From positions 646,202 to 710,201 of the forward strand of contig OZ242373.1 of assembly GCA_965209065.1 (NCBI GenBank): 64,000 nt of DNA. Direction: 5' to 3'. Positions 42,501-50,900 of this stretch are shown piece by piece. Numbering within the stretch: the stretch's first letter is position 1; each line of letters opens with the position of its first letter. The DNA is from Alphaproteobacteria bacterium. GTDB taxonomy: Bacteria; Pseudomonadota; Alphaproteobacteria; JAPOUT01; G958296285. Under the pieces are notes generated by a model. That model saw only the letters and a program-made list of their open reading frames with translations, made no database searches and had not been told where the DNA came from. The position numbers and the translations under genes were made by a program.

Positions 42501-45500
42501 ATTGAGGCAGCACTTAAATTAAGTGCACCACTGCTTCCATTCAAAGCAAAGTGTCCGCTTAAAGAAATATCTTCAAGCGCGGTAAGAGTGAGTGTCTCCA
42601 AAGCAACATAAGCGAACGCCATTGCAGAATGCAACGTGATGTTATTCGCGCTGAAGTTCGTATTATTGCTGTAATTTATGCTACCCCCTTGAGCGTTAAG
42701 CTTCAAATTGCCCGCGCCAAGCGTAATCGTGCGCGGCGGCGTAATACTAGCGGTTTGCGCTGTGAAAGACAGGTCCTTATCTGTTTCAATAACCCAGTTA
42801 GGCAAGGCAATATCTAAGGTGCCGGTGTAAGTGATGTCAAAAATTGCGGTATTAAAACTTGGGTTGCCCGAGAAAGATTGAGCGGTGACGAACAAAGTGC
42901 CGGTGCCAATATCATAGTTGCCCGCGAGGGTTAGCAGCCCTGATGAAACCAACAGAGTAAGGTTTTTATTGCTCGGCGTAGTGGGGGCGCCTGCTGCCGA
43001 AGAGATGGAGAGATTTCCTGCCACGCTAATAGAAGAGTTTGCTGTGCTAGAAAAAGCCATTGGCTGGGCGGTGGAGGTGAAGGAGAGACCATCTAATCCA
43101 TTTATGGAGCCATGGACGCTTACCGCGCGCGCGGTAACAACGCTTGAGCGAGTAAAGGTAGCTATCGCACTGCCGTTAAGCGCAATGCTAAACTGCGCGC
43201 CTGAGGTTGGCGTTCTATTGGTTAAGTTTATTTGCGGTATGGTTAAGATGATACTATTGTTTGCGGTCAAAGACAAAGAAGCGTTTGGCACGGTAGAAGA
43301 GTTGCGCAGAGAATTGGCTATCTTCGTCAAAGTGATAGAAATAGAATTAGCCGTTAAAGATACATTTTCTTTTATGAGTTCAACATCTAAAGCTGAAATA
43401 GTAAAACTAGCGTTTTCAAAAATGACATCACTAAAGTTAAAGCTGACATTCTTTTCAAACGCATTGATGGTTAAACTTCTACCATTTTGGAATACGCTCT
43501 CTCTTAAATTGAGTTCGCCCGTTTCCAAATAGTTTAGAGTAAGATGAGAGGTAGATAAACTCGTTGGAAATGTAATAGCCACACTTTCTAAAGTGATGGC
43601 GGCAACATTGAGATTACCACTAAGCGTGACGCTCTGTGTGCCGACAACCATAACATTGAGCCCGCGTTCGGCTTGGCTCGGCGCTCTCGCCGATGTTAAT
43701 GAAACAATATTTCCTGTTAAAGTAACATCTGCGCTTTTTGAGAAGAGAATTTTACCTAAAGCCTGCGTTTTTAGTGTTAGGTCATATTCACCGAGTGAGA
43801 TATCGCTAGTAACCTTGATATCACCTTGCGAGGACAAAGATAAATCACCCATCATTATCTCTATGCTGTTGAGAGTAACAACGGTGCGTGTTTCTATTGT
43901 TATGTTCGTGTTGATTGGGGTTGTGTCATCGCTGGCATAAGCCGAGAGGGAAAACGCATTAACCTTGAGAACGACGCCCCTTTTCACAGCTCCATCTAAA
44001 CTTAAAGAGTAAGTTTGTATGGAGTTGGTTCTTGCTGAGCTAATTGTTGTTAGTCCCCTATCGTATTGTGATGTCCCTGCTCCGCCAACAGAAATTCTAG
44101 CCCCTGACGACACGGTCAAGGAAATTTCTGTCGCGCTCTTTGTGATGGGGGGTGTCGAAGAGGAATAACCAAAATGATAATAGGTAAAAGAAAAAGTATT
44201 CGCTCTTATCTCAGAGCTGGCTGACGGGGTAGACAATCTCAAAGCAGAAATTTCAAGCGTTCCTGTGCCAATATCAATAATCCCATCTACAACGAGCGCA
44301 CCGGCATTAACAGAAAGATTTTTATTGCTAGCCGTAATAACCGTGCCTTCAGGCGCTGTAGAAGTAAGTTTAATAGTCTCATTCGCAGTTAAAGAGACAT
44401 GACTGCTTGTTGAAAAATTAATGAGGGTGCTTGCTTTTATTTCTAATAGCGCGTCAGCACTAAGATTGGCGTTCACATTGACAAACGCGCCTTCAAAAGT
44501 GAGGTCGGTAGTAGAGCTCGTTATCGGCACATCAATGGTGGCTATATTCGTTGCCACAAATTTACCTTCGTTCCCTTTCACACTCACGGAATTTGTTAGC
44601 CCATCGCCCGTAGCGCGCGCCGAGCGCTTTAGAGTAATATTCCCCGCGCTGAACGTTATTGTAGAATCCGTCTCTAATGGAAAATTGAGTGTTGCGTGCA
44701 ATGCTAACGTTAGCAAAGCGCCGGTAGCATTTATATTGTTGTTGATATTTAATATTGGCGAGTCTAACAACAGCGGAGACGAGGCTTGAAGAGAGCTACC
44801 AATTCTAATGCCATCGGTTCCAACAAGATTCAATGTTTTTCCTGCGGCAACGATATTTGTTATCCCTCCTGAGTTATTGGCAGTTGCTATGCCGTCGATA
44901 GTAAGCCACCTGCCCGTTAGGATTATATTTTCGCTTGTTGCTGATTGAATATTTATTGTTGAAGTGTTCTCTGCTCTTAAAGTGCCGGAAGAGGTTATGT
45001 TGCTAAATATATTTAAGCTAGGCGCTCTTAAAGTAAGCGAGCCACTTGTTTGATTGATAGTGTTATTGATGGTAACAGAAGCTGTTCCTCTAAAAATGGT
45101 TAGGACGCTATTGGAACTGCTTATGGTAGTGGTTGTTGCACCACTAAGGCTCATATTAGAGCCGCCTAGAATTATATGCTCGCTAGAAGAAGGCGCAGTG
45201 TTATTTAGCGCAGTGACATTGATTAGGGACAAACTACCGATGGAGGAGATATTTCTATTAGTGTTTAGAGTGGGCGTGTTCAAGGTGAGTGTGCCACTCG
45301 TTTGATTGATGGTGCTACTGGTGGTAATAGAAGTCGTCCCATTGAAAATAATTCCGCCGCCTCTGGTGCTAGTCATGGTAATCGTTTCCACATCACTGAT
45401 GCTCACATTAGAGCCTTCTAGGGTTACAGGTGCTGTGGTGGCTAAAGCATTGTTTAGCGTAGCGATGTTTTTTAGGGTTAAATTGCCACTGGTAATGATG

Positions 45501-47812
45501 CCGCTACCAGCGATGCTTAGCCTAGGCGTGTCTAAGGTGAGCGCGCCACTCGTTTGATTGATAGCACTATTGATAGGAATACTCCCTGCGCTCTTGAGCG
45601 TAACCGTGCCTGAGCCGGCAAGCGTAATCGTTTCCGCGCCACTAATGACTATCGCATCTGTACCCATTAGAGTAATTGCGTTATTAACTATTCCCGTTGG
45701 AAAATTTATGTTAGCAACATCGCTTATTATCAAAGCAGAGGCAACGGTGATGCTATTATCGATCCTGAGTGTTTGCGTGCTTAAAGTAAGCGTGCCGTTT
45801 GGTTGATTGATAGTGCTTCTGATAGTAATAGAATCCGTTCCGATAAAGGTGAGCGAACCACCACTAGAGGTCGTCAAGGTAGTGCTTGAGGTAGCGCTTG
45901 AACCACTAATGTCTATTGCCTCGCCCTCTAGAGTGATAGGAGGGCTATTGCCTCCTGTTGGGAAATTTATAGCGGCGGCATTGTTTAATCCCAGCCGATT
46001 GACGGAGGTGATGTCTTTGTTGATATTGAGTATTGGCGAATTTAAAACGAGTGAGCCACTCGTTTGATTGATAATGCTATTGCTAGTAAAAGAGCTTTCG
46101 CCAGAAAAAACGATCACAGCGTTATTATCGGTGCTTGTTACAGTAATTTTTGTTGCGCCATTGATGTTCATATTAGAGCCACCTAGAATTACAAACACAG
46201 TATCATCGGCAACTAAAGTGACGTTTAGCGTAGAGACATTATTTAAGGTTAAATCGCCGACTGTGGAGATGCCATGCGTAGTGAATGTTGGCGTATCTAA
46301 CACGAGCGAACCGCCTATTTTGAAAACATGAGTTGGAATGTCAATACGCTGTGTGCCCCTAAGCGTAACCTTGCTTGAGCCGTGCCAAAGGGCATTTTCC
46401 GTGTTAGTGATTTCTATCGACGGTGCCGTTAGAGTGATTATGCCGCTCGTTGGAAAATTTATGCTGTTAGCATTTCTTAGCGACAAGGAAATATTGGAAG
46501 TGATGTTATTATTTATATCGAGTCTTGGCGCGTTCAAAATGAGCCTGCCACTCGTTTGATTGATAATGCTATTGATTACAACAGAAGTCGTTCCTCTAAA
46601 AATGGTTGTCCCACGATTAGAATTCGTCATAGTAACCGTTGATGCGCCATTGAGAATCACCTTCGAACCTTGTAAGGTTATAAAGTTAGCGCCATTTAGC
46701 GTAGCGACATTAGTTAGGGTTAAATTACCACTGGTGGTGATGTTGCTATTGATATTAAGTGTTGGCGCATCTAAAGTAAGACCACCATTCGTTTTATTAA
46801 TAGAATTACTAACCGTTATAGAAGACCTTGCCCTTAATATGACATTGCCATTAAAATTTTTAATAGCACGAGGGGTAAAAGTAGCAACACTATAACCTGC
46901 ATCTTTTCTAACTTCACCGCCGCCATTTGTAATCAGACCATTACTACTGAGGATAGCAACTTTTATAAAAATAGCCTCTGGGTCAATTAAAAGTTCGCCT
47001 GCTTTAATGTCAGACAGATTAAAAGAAGCAAGAAATGTCTTACCTGATATTTCAACAAAGCCCCCATTGCTTTCTTGCGTGGCGTCTATTTTTCCCTCAA
47101 AAAAAGTAGAGCCGTCTGACCACACAATCACGCGCGGCGCGATAATGGAAGTGTTCGGCTCTATATGGGTTAATTGAGAATTGGTAATCTTCCCTTCCCC
47201 TTGATAATCACCACCAATTAAAACTTCTTCGCTTGCTCTTATATCGGCACCCGAACCACTCGTGGCAGCGATGCGCACTTCGTTCGCGCCCTCTACGATA
47301 ACTCTGCTCGCTTGAACCGCACCGCCAATATTGACAACATTCTCCTTGCCTAAACTTTGGAAATGAACTTTGCCTTGAGGCGAAGTAATCGAACCACGCG
47401 CAACAATATCTCCCGCGCGCGCCGAAGCAAGCAAGCCGCCCACATTCACCACCGAGCCTTCGTTAAAACGAATCCCCGCCGGGTTCTCTAACGAGACGCG
47501 TCCGTTCGCGGTAAGTGTGCCAGATATATTTGTTGTTGCATCATTGCGCACCTTAATAGAAATAAGCGATGAAGCTGATGGCTGTGTAATACGAACGACC
47601 TCGCCTTTAGCGATGTCAAAACTTTGCCAGCTTGTCGTTAGGGTGTCGCTATGTTGTTGAATGAGAAGCGGGTTCGATAGGTCGCCCGCGCCTGCGGTCA
47701 CACGCCCGCCACTCGGTGCGGCATGTAAGCCGACCGCTCCTAAAAGAGTTGCCAAACCTAAGGCAACAACGAATAATCGAGCAAAAAGTAAATAGCCCAT
47801 AAAAATATACAA
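36530..47812 (-). CDS. Giant TPS-domain secreted exoprotein (3760 aa), filamentous-haemagglutinin-like beta-helical repeat protein
   Basis: It has a signal peptide and a TPS domain (WQSFDIAKGEVVRITQP...ISGTLTANGRVSLENPAGIRFNEGSVVNVGGLLASARAGDIV). The rest is thousands of residues of G/T/S/N/L/I-rich beta-helix repeats, including a tandem array of about 180-aa units. Confidence 0.85.
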   Translation of the reverse strand: MYIFMGYLLFARLFVVALGLATLLGAVGLHAAPSGGRVTAGAGDLSNPLLIQQHSDTLTTSWQSFDIAKGEVVRITQPSASSLISIKVRNDATTNISGTLTANGRVSLENPAGIRFNEGSVVNVGGLLASARAGDIVARGSITSPQGKVHFQSLGKENVVNIGGAVQASRVIVEGANEVRIAATSGSGADIRASEEVLIGGDYQGEGKITNSQLTHIEPNTSIIAPRVIVWSDGSTFFEGKIDATQESNGGFVEISGKTFLASFNLSDIKAGELLIDPEAIFIKVAILSSNGLITNGGGEVRKDAGYSVATFTPRAIKNFNGNVILRARSSITVSNSINKTNGGLTLDAPTLNINSNITTSGNLTLTNVATLNGANFITLQGSKVILNGASTVTMTNSNRGTTIFRGTTSVVINSIINQTSGRLILNAPRLDINNNITSNISLSLRNANSINFPTSGIITLTAPSIEITNTENALWHGSSKVTLRGTQRIDIPTHVFKIGGSLVLDTPTFTTHGISTVGDLTLNNVSTLNVTLVADDTVFVILGGSNMNINGATKITVTSTDNNAVIVFSGESSFTSNSIINQTSGSLVLNSPILNINKDITSVNRLGLNNAAAINFPTGGNSPPITLEGEAIDISGSSATSSTTLTTSSGGSLTFIGTDSITIRSTINQPNGTLTLSTQTLRIDNSITVASALIISDVANINFPTGIVNNAITLMGTDAIVISGAETITLAGSGTVTLKSAGSIPINSAINQTSGALTLDTPRLSIAGSGIITSGNLTLKNIATLNNALATTAPVTLEGSNVSISDVETITMTSTRGGGIIFNGTTSITTSSTINQTSGTLTLNTPTLNTNRNISSIGSLSLINVTALNNTAPSSSEHIILGGSNMSLSGATTTTISSSNSVLTIFRGTASVTINNTINQTSGSLTLRAPSLNIFSNITSSGTLRAENTSTINIQSATSENIILTGRWLTIDGIATANNSGGITNIVAAGKTLNLVGTDGIRIGSSLQASSPLLLDSPILNINNNINATGALLTLALHATLNFPLETDSTITFSAGNITLKRSARATGDGLTNSVSVKGNEGKFVATNIATIDVPITSSTTDLTFEGAFVNVNANLSADALLEIKASTLINFSTSSHVSLTANETIKLTSTAPEGTVITASNKNLSVNAGALVVDGIIDIGTGTLEISALRLSTPSASSEIRANTFSFTYYHFGYSSSTPPITKSATEISLTVSSGARISVGGAGTSQYDRGLTTISSARTNSIQTYSLSLDGAVKRGVVLKVNAFSLSAYASDDTTPINTNITIETRTVVTLNSIEIMMGDLSLSSQGDIKVTSDISLGEYDLTLKTQALGKILFSKSADVTLTGNIVSLTSARAPSQAERGLNVMVVGTQSVTLSGNLNVAAITLESVAITFPTSLSTSHLTLNYLETGELNLRESVFQNGRSLTINAFEKNVSFNFSDVIFENASFTISALDVELIKENVSLTANSISITLTKIANSLRNSSTVPNASLSLTANNSIILTIPQINLTNRTPTSGAQFSIALNGSAIATFTRSSVVTARAVSVHGSINGLDGLSFTSTAQPMAFSSTANSSISVAGNLSISSAAGAPTTPSNKNLTLLVSSGLLTLAGNYDIGTGTLFVTAQSFSGNPSFNTAIFDITYTGTLDIALPNWVIETDKDLSFTAQTASITPPRTITLGAGNLKLNAQGGSINYSNNTNFSANNITLHSAMAFAYVALETLTLTALEDISLSGHFALNGSSGALNLSAASITSTATLTRNDLNITWTSTSASVPSWAVVENKNLSVSALTATLELPDSIDIGTGDLTLSATAMSGTPSITRGALTLIWTGTTASLPSWAVVANKDLVIQATSADISVPASLAMGSGSLTLDAVAGALVFASTSLSGGSITLKSKTQPRASDQAATIDATNITLSGKFNFGTGGLTLKASDITTQDDFALTRGGLFITWKGTSATIPAWAMVADKNLSVSALTATLTLPDSIDIGTGDLTLSATAMSGAPSITPNITRGLLTLIWTGTTASVPSWAIEANKNLSVSALTATLELPDSIDIGTGDLTLSATAMSGTPNITRGLLTLIWTGTTASVPSWAVEANKDLIVQATSADISVPASIVLGSGSLTLDAIAGALVFASTSLSGGNIILKSKTQPSASTQAATIDATNITLSGKFNLGTGGLTLKANSITTQDEFALTRGGLSITWKGASATIPNWAIVADKDLSVSALTATLELPDNINIGTGNLTLSATAMSGTPSITRGALTLIWTGTTASLPSWAVVANKDLVIQATSADISVPASLALGSGSLTLDAVAGALVFASVNLSGGSITLKSKTQPRASNQAATIDATNITLSGKFNLGTGGLTLKANSITTQDEFALTRGGLFITWKGTSATIPAWAMVADKNLSVSALTATLELPDSIDIGTGDLTLSATAMSGTPNITRGLLTLIWTGTTASVPSWAVEVDKDLIVQATSADISVPASVVLGSGSLTLDAVAGALVFASANLSGGNIILKSKTQPSTSAQDTSAQDTSAQETTIDATNITLSGKFNFGTGGLILKANSITTQDDFALTRGGLSITWKGNTAFIPSWAVVENKDLTIIAAKADISVPVSFSLGSGDLTLDAVVGALVFASVNLSGGSITLKSKTQPSTSNRDATIDALNTITLSGKFNFGTGDLTLKASDISTQDEFALTRGSLFITWKGASATIPAWAIVADKNLSVTALTATLELPANIDIGTGDLTLSATAMSGTPSITRELLTLIWIGDSASVPDWAVVEDKNLIVQATKADISVPTSLALGLGDLTLDAITAALAFDSSTSTNLSGRSITLKSKTQPRASNQKATIDVSTRMTLSGKFNFGTGDLDLKGDSITTQNDFAFIRRGLFILWRGGEAPVPSWAIEEGKDLTITAREASISVPNRFLIGSGNLVLEAKLGGINFDNSAPTKISASSITLIANAIHRASNQNLHLLSASVLLLSGDFSIGTGALSLEAQFIDYKAHFIRGDLSITWSSTSATIPDWAIEQDKNLSVTALITKLVLPSALDIGAGNLSLTAPELFVLGDFSLTRNALSLTLTGETDFVIPNWAIARDKSLSITTTQSNINAPASMDLGTGDFTLHTQEGAINFDKTSPTRFVANNITLISTSFLAVNNQNAEFIAAEELSLGGFMLFGEGDLTLNAQNIIFQEITQLGATNIRFTTNTKDEDITNIKDESVSIVATNDLVFENKAGNTVINLGVTTLSAGNNMIFRSNTFVFAYSLHLGPSLDAGRRDITLTTTSFISFADTRATIITGGNVSLMSPNRQQIPSDRNLIIRARGDIELEGSFFIGDGNALFYAGDKRGLGVIRFIATPSFRAGDYRLEQNGGLFPRKKPATFRSGDNSIDVIPLLIYTGIEVEYRVDWGRQLFVLNGSKDITLLDLQAFGENHQGFDFTNGVFDIGDNALTLITSGDIILPIALTERGIVIKARRITLRGRRLISADSLKQLTSHLTLEARESIVLDIDVTSNYNFVIDSASLSFSVQKAVNILAANIHIYAENQPEKNYQNVSLLAHNNIYLRGSLNIGLATLVLQAGEKINLERAESENEKDVEIKANRIIYRTLVNEEETAEGASSHNLMLNAENDIHLDTNLVLGSHIALRAGGSIITPESDEGFVIKALGKGKNLIFEQKYAARVNGNINLSASGNIVLRGALDRGEGFIVLNSNGLLDIQDTLRILGSDIDFTYSMVLLPSGHRLVLRQRSPSFAAPSNEGS
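38500..42620 (-). repeat. Tandem array of ~540-nt coding repeats (~7.5 copies, near-identical) inside the 3760-aa TPS gene
   Basis: Antisense-frame ORFs at 38895, 39531, 40386, 40920, 41478, 42210 translate to near-identical ~180-aa peptides. The sense protein shows a repeated unit ALTRGGLFITWKGTSATIPAWAMVADKNLSVSALTATLELPDSIDIGTGDLTLSATAMSG...KSKTQPRASNQAATIDATNITLSGKFNFGTGGLTLKA. Unit lengths are 534-558 nt, with one unit carrying a ~190-nt partial internal duplication. Confidence 0.85.
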
Positions 47813-47944
47813 AACTTCTCCTTATCTTTATAATACCCCTATTTCTTTAACAATAAATAATATAATCAACATTTTTTGAGCTTTCAAGCAAATTTGAGCG
47901 ACTTAAGCAGTTATTAAGCTCAATTTTGTGCTCTATTAGCCTTT

Positions 47945-50900
47945 TTAGGGGCAAATATTAGAATTGACAGAAAAGCACAAGCTATTTGTCAAAAAAGGCA
48001 TATCCATATCTGCTATGCTGCGCGCGCTCGCCAGCAAGGGCAATGTTATATCATGCCCGCCGAGCGCGGTAAGAAGCAACCTGCCATCAAAGGTATTACT
48101 TGTGATGCGCTCTACAAGCTCAAAGCCTATGAGCATAATGCTTTCTGAAATAAGCTCAACCGCCCTATTGTAATTTGTGCTCTGTCTTTGTTGTAGGAAT
48201 ATACTGCTCTCCTCTCCTCTCGCCTCGACACGATGGCTACCCGCGCCTCCTGTTGAAAAGAAAATAGTCCCACCGGCACGCAAGGTGATGCTGCCGTTAA
48301 TAACCAGATGATTAACAAGATGAATATCATTTGCAGCTTGTAAGGTGAAGCTATGGCTTGGGTCATTTTCATCATTGAACCTGCCGGCGCTATGGAATAT
48401 TCTATTGGCTCTAATTTCTACATCTCTCATTTCCTCGCCTGGAGAGGGGATTGATTTTATACGCCCACCGGCTTCTAGCCTTAAACTCGCAAGCCCTATA
48501 TTGAGCTGCCCTTGTAAAGAGATGTCTTGCTCACTTCTGAGAATAACATTTTGGTTATTGGCGATTGGCAACCCTCTTGAGTCGAAGTTTATATTGTTCG
48601 CTTCTATGAGGATAGGTTTGTAAAAAGAGAAGTTGATAGCGGCTGCCCTGATAGTAATATCATGTGTTGAGGTAATATCAGCATCAATTAGCACGTTGTG
48701 GGTTGCTTCAAGAATTAGATGGTTGATGACGTCGTCATTTGAGCTCGTTTTGATTCTCCTGCCTGACAAAACGATACTACTAGCTCTAATAACAAGGGGT
48801 CTATTTGTGTTTTCTATTCCTGTTAGGTCAATATCTCCGCTAGTGATTAAGATGAGAGGTATATCACCAAAATCAAACACGCCATCGGCGAAAGAAGCGC
48901 CAAAATATTCTTCACCGACCTCAAGCAAGGTCATTAAGTCAATGCCTTCATCGCCGGTGCGAACGATAAACTGATGCGCCCAATCCACCGCCGGCTGGAA
49001 TAGCTCTATGCCAGTATAAATAATAAGAGGTGAAATATCAATTTGATTATTCGCGAAGTAGAAATTGGCAGGCTTCTCGCTTGCAAAGAAGGCGCCATTT
49101 TGCTCTAACCTATACCGCTCAGCCGCGAAGCTTGGAGTTGAAACAAAGTTGATGACACCTAGCTTCCCATTATTTCCTGCAATAAGCCATACATCGCCCT
49201 CGCCTAAAAGGAAATACCCCTCTAGCGTGATGTTTCTATTTGCTCTTATGGTTAGGTTTCGGTTGCTGAAGGTTGCTTGCTCACTCGGCGAAACCAAAGA
49301 TATGCTCTCCCCCTCTATGACAGTATGCCTATCGTCAGCAAAAGTGATACCACCATTGGTTAAAGCAGTTAGGGTGAAGTTATTCTCGGCGGCTTTTATC
49401 ACGCCGCCGACATGTATCGTGGCAGCTGAGAAGGTAGCCGAAGTCTGAATTTCAATTTCGTTATCCGCGATAATCATCAAGCCATCTAGCTCTAGCGAAA
49501 AGAGCTTCTGTCTATCGTTAAAGGTCAAGTTATTGTCTGCGGTAATCTCTAGACTTGCGGTCGTGGGAGAGGAAACATCAATGTCTTTGCTATTCGTGTT
49601 GATGTAAATATCGTTCGCCACCAGCTTACTATTGCCGAGAATAAAGATACGCTCGGCATTGAGGGTAACATTACCTGTGCCAAAATCAAAACTACCCACC
49701 AGCGAAATGTTTTCTAATGCGGTCAAAATGAGCGTTTGGTTGCTTGGCGAGAGCCCATTATCATTGCTAGCCGTTAGGCTTATGCTTCTTGCCGAAATAG
49801 TGCCTGTGGCGGTGGTGGCAAAATTAATCACGCCCGCGCTATTGATGGTTAAAGCGCCATCACCAATTTCCAAAGAAGGCGGCAAGATGATGCCTGCTTG
49901 AAGCACGGTAACGGACATGTCTCCGTTCTCATCAATAGCCCATTGAGGAATGAAGGCTGTTTGGGCTCCGCTCCATGTGAAGGTGAGCGCGTTTCTGTTG
50001 AGGGTGGCGACGGTTGCGCCTACTCGGCCGGCGGATACAACTAAATTGCCTGTGCCGATATCAAACCTACCCCTTAAAGAGAGCGTTTCTATAGCGGTTA
50101 GGGTTAGGTCTTGATTGCTCGCCACGGGTTTCCTATTAGAGCCGAGGGTTATGTTTGCCGCGCTAATTTGGGTGGGGAAGTTCTTGCTAAAGCTGATAGC
50201 GCCCCCTATGCCCGACCTGACGGTTAAATTGCCGGTGCCAATATTGATATGCCCCTCAAGCAAGACAGAGCCTAGCGATGTGATAACAATGTTTTGATGA
50301 CTTGCCCGTTGTGATGCGCTTACAGAGGCTATCGTTAGATCGCCGACATTGACGATGGTTTCGGCTTGGGTATCGAAATTGACCGCACCCGCAAGCGCAC
50401 TGACGCGTAAATGACCTGCGCCTAGATTCACTATCGTCGGGAAGCTAATATCTGCGGTCTCAGCGATGATGCTAACACTACGATTTCTTATCATCATCCA
50501 GTTTGGGACAGCAAAGGGGTTCTGGGATTTCCATACGACTTCCAAAGAACCTAAAGTAATTACTGGGGAAACCAAAATAGAGCCAATGATGGGCGCGTTG
50601 AGAGTCAAATGCCCCGCGCCTATATTGATGTCTCTATCAACGGTAATGTTGGCGCTTTGCGAGACAATCACCAAATTACTATTCATTGCTATCATCCAAT
50701 CTTTGATGAAGAAATTTTCAATTCCATTCCAAATAATCGTAAGCGATCCCCTTTTTATGCCTGCCTCGACAACTGAAAACTCAGAAGTGGTTATAACGAT
50801 ATCCCCTACCCCTGTATCGAAATTGCCGGTGAGAGAGAGTGTATTTTCCGCTTCAATAATAAGATTGTGCTGGCTCCGCGCGGGGTTGCCGTTTGAGGTT

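Noticed and set aside
38500-42620. Possibility that the regular ~540-nt repeats are a CRISPR array or an rRNA/IS array
   Set aside because: The units are 10-20 times longer than CRISPR repeats and have no unique spacers. They are fully coding in one frame within a continuous 3760-aa ORF.
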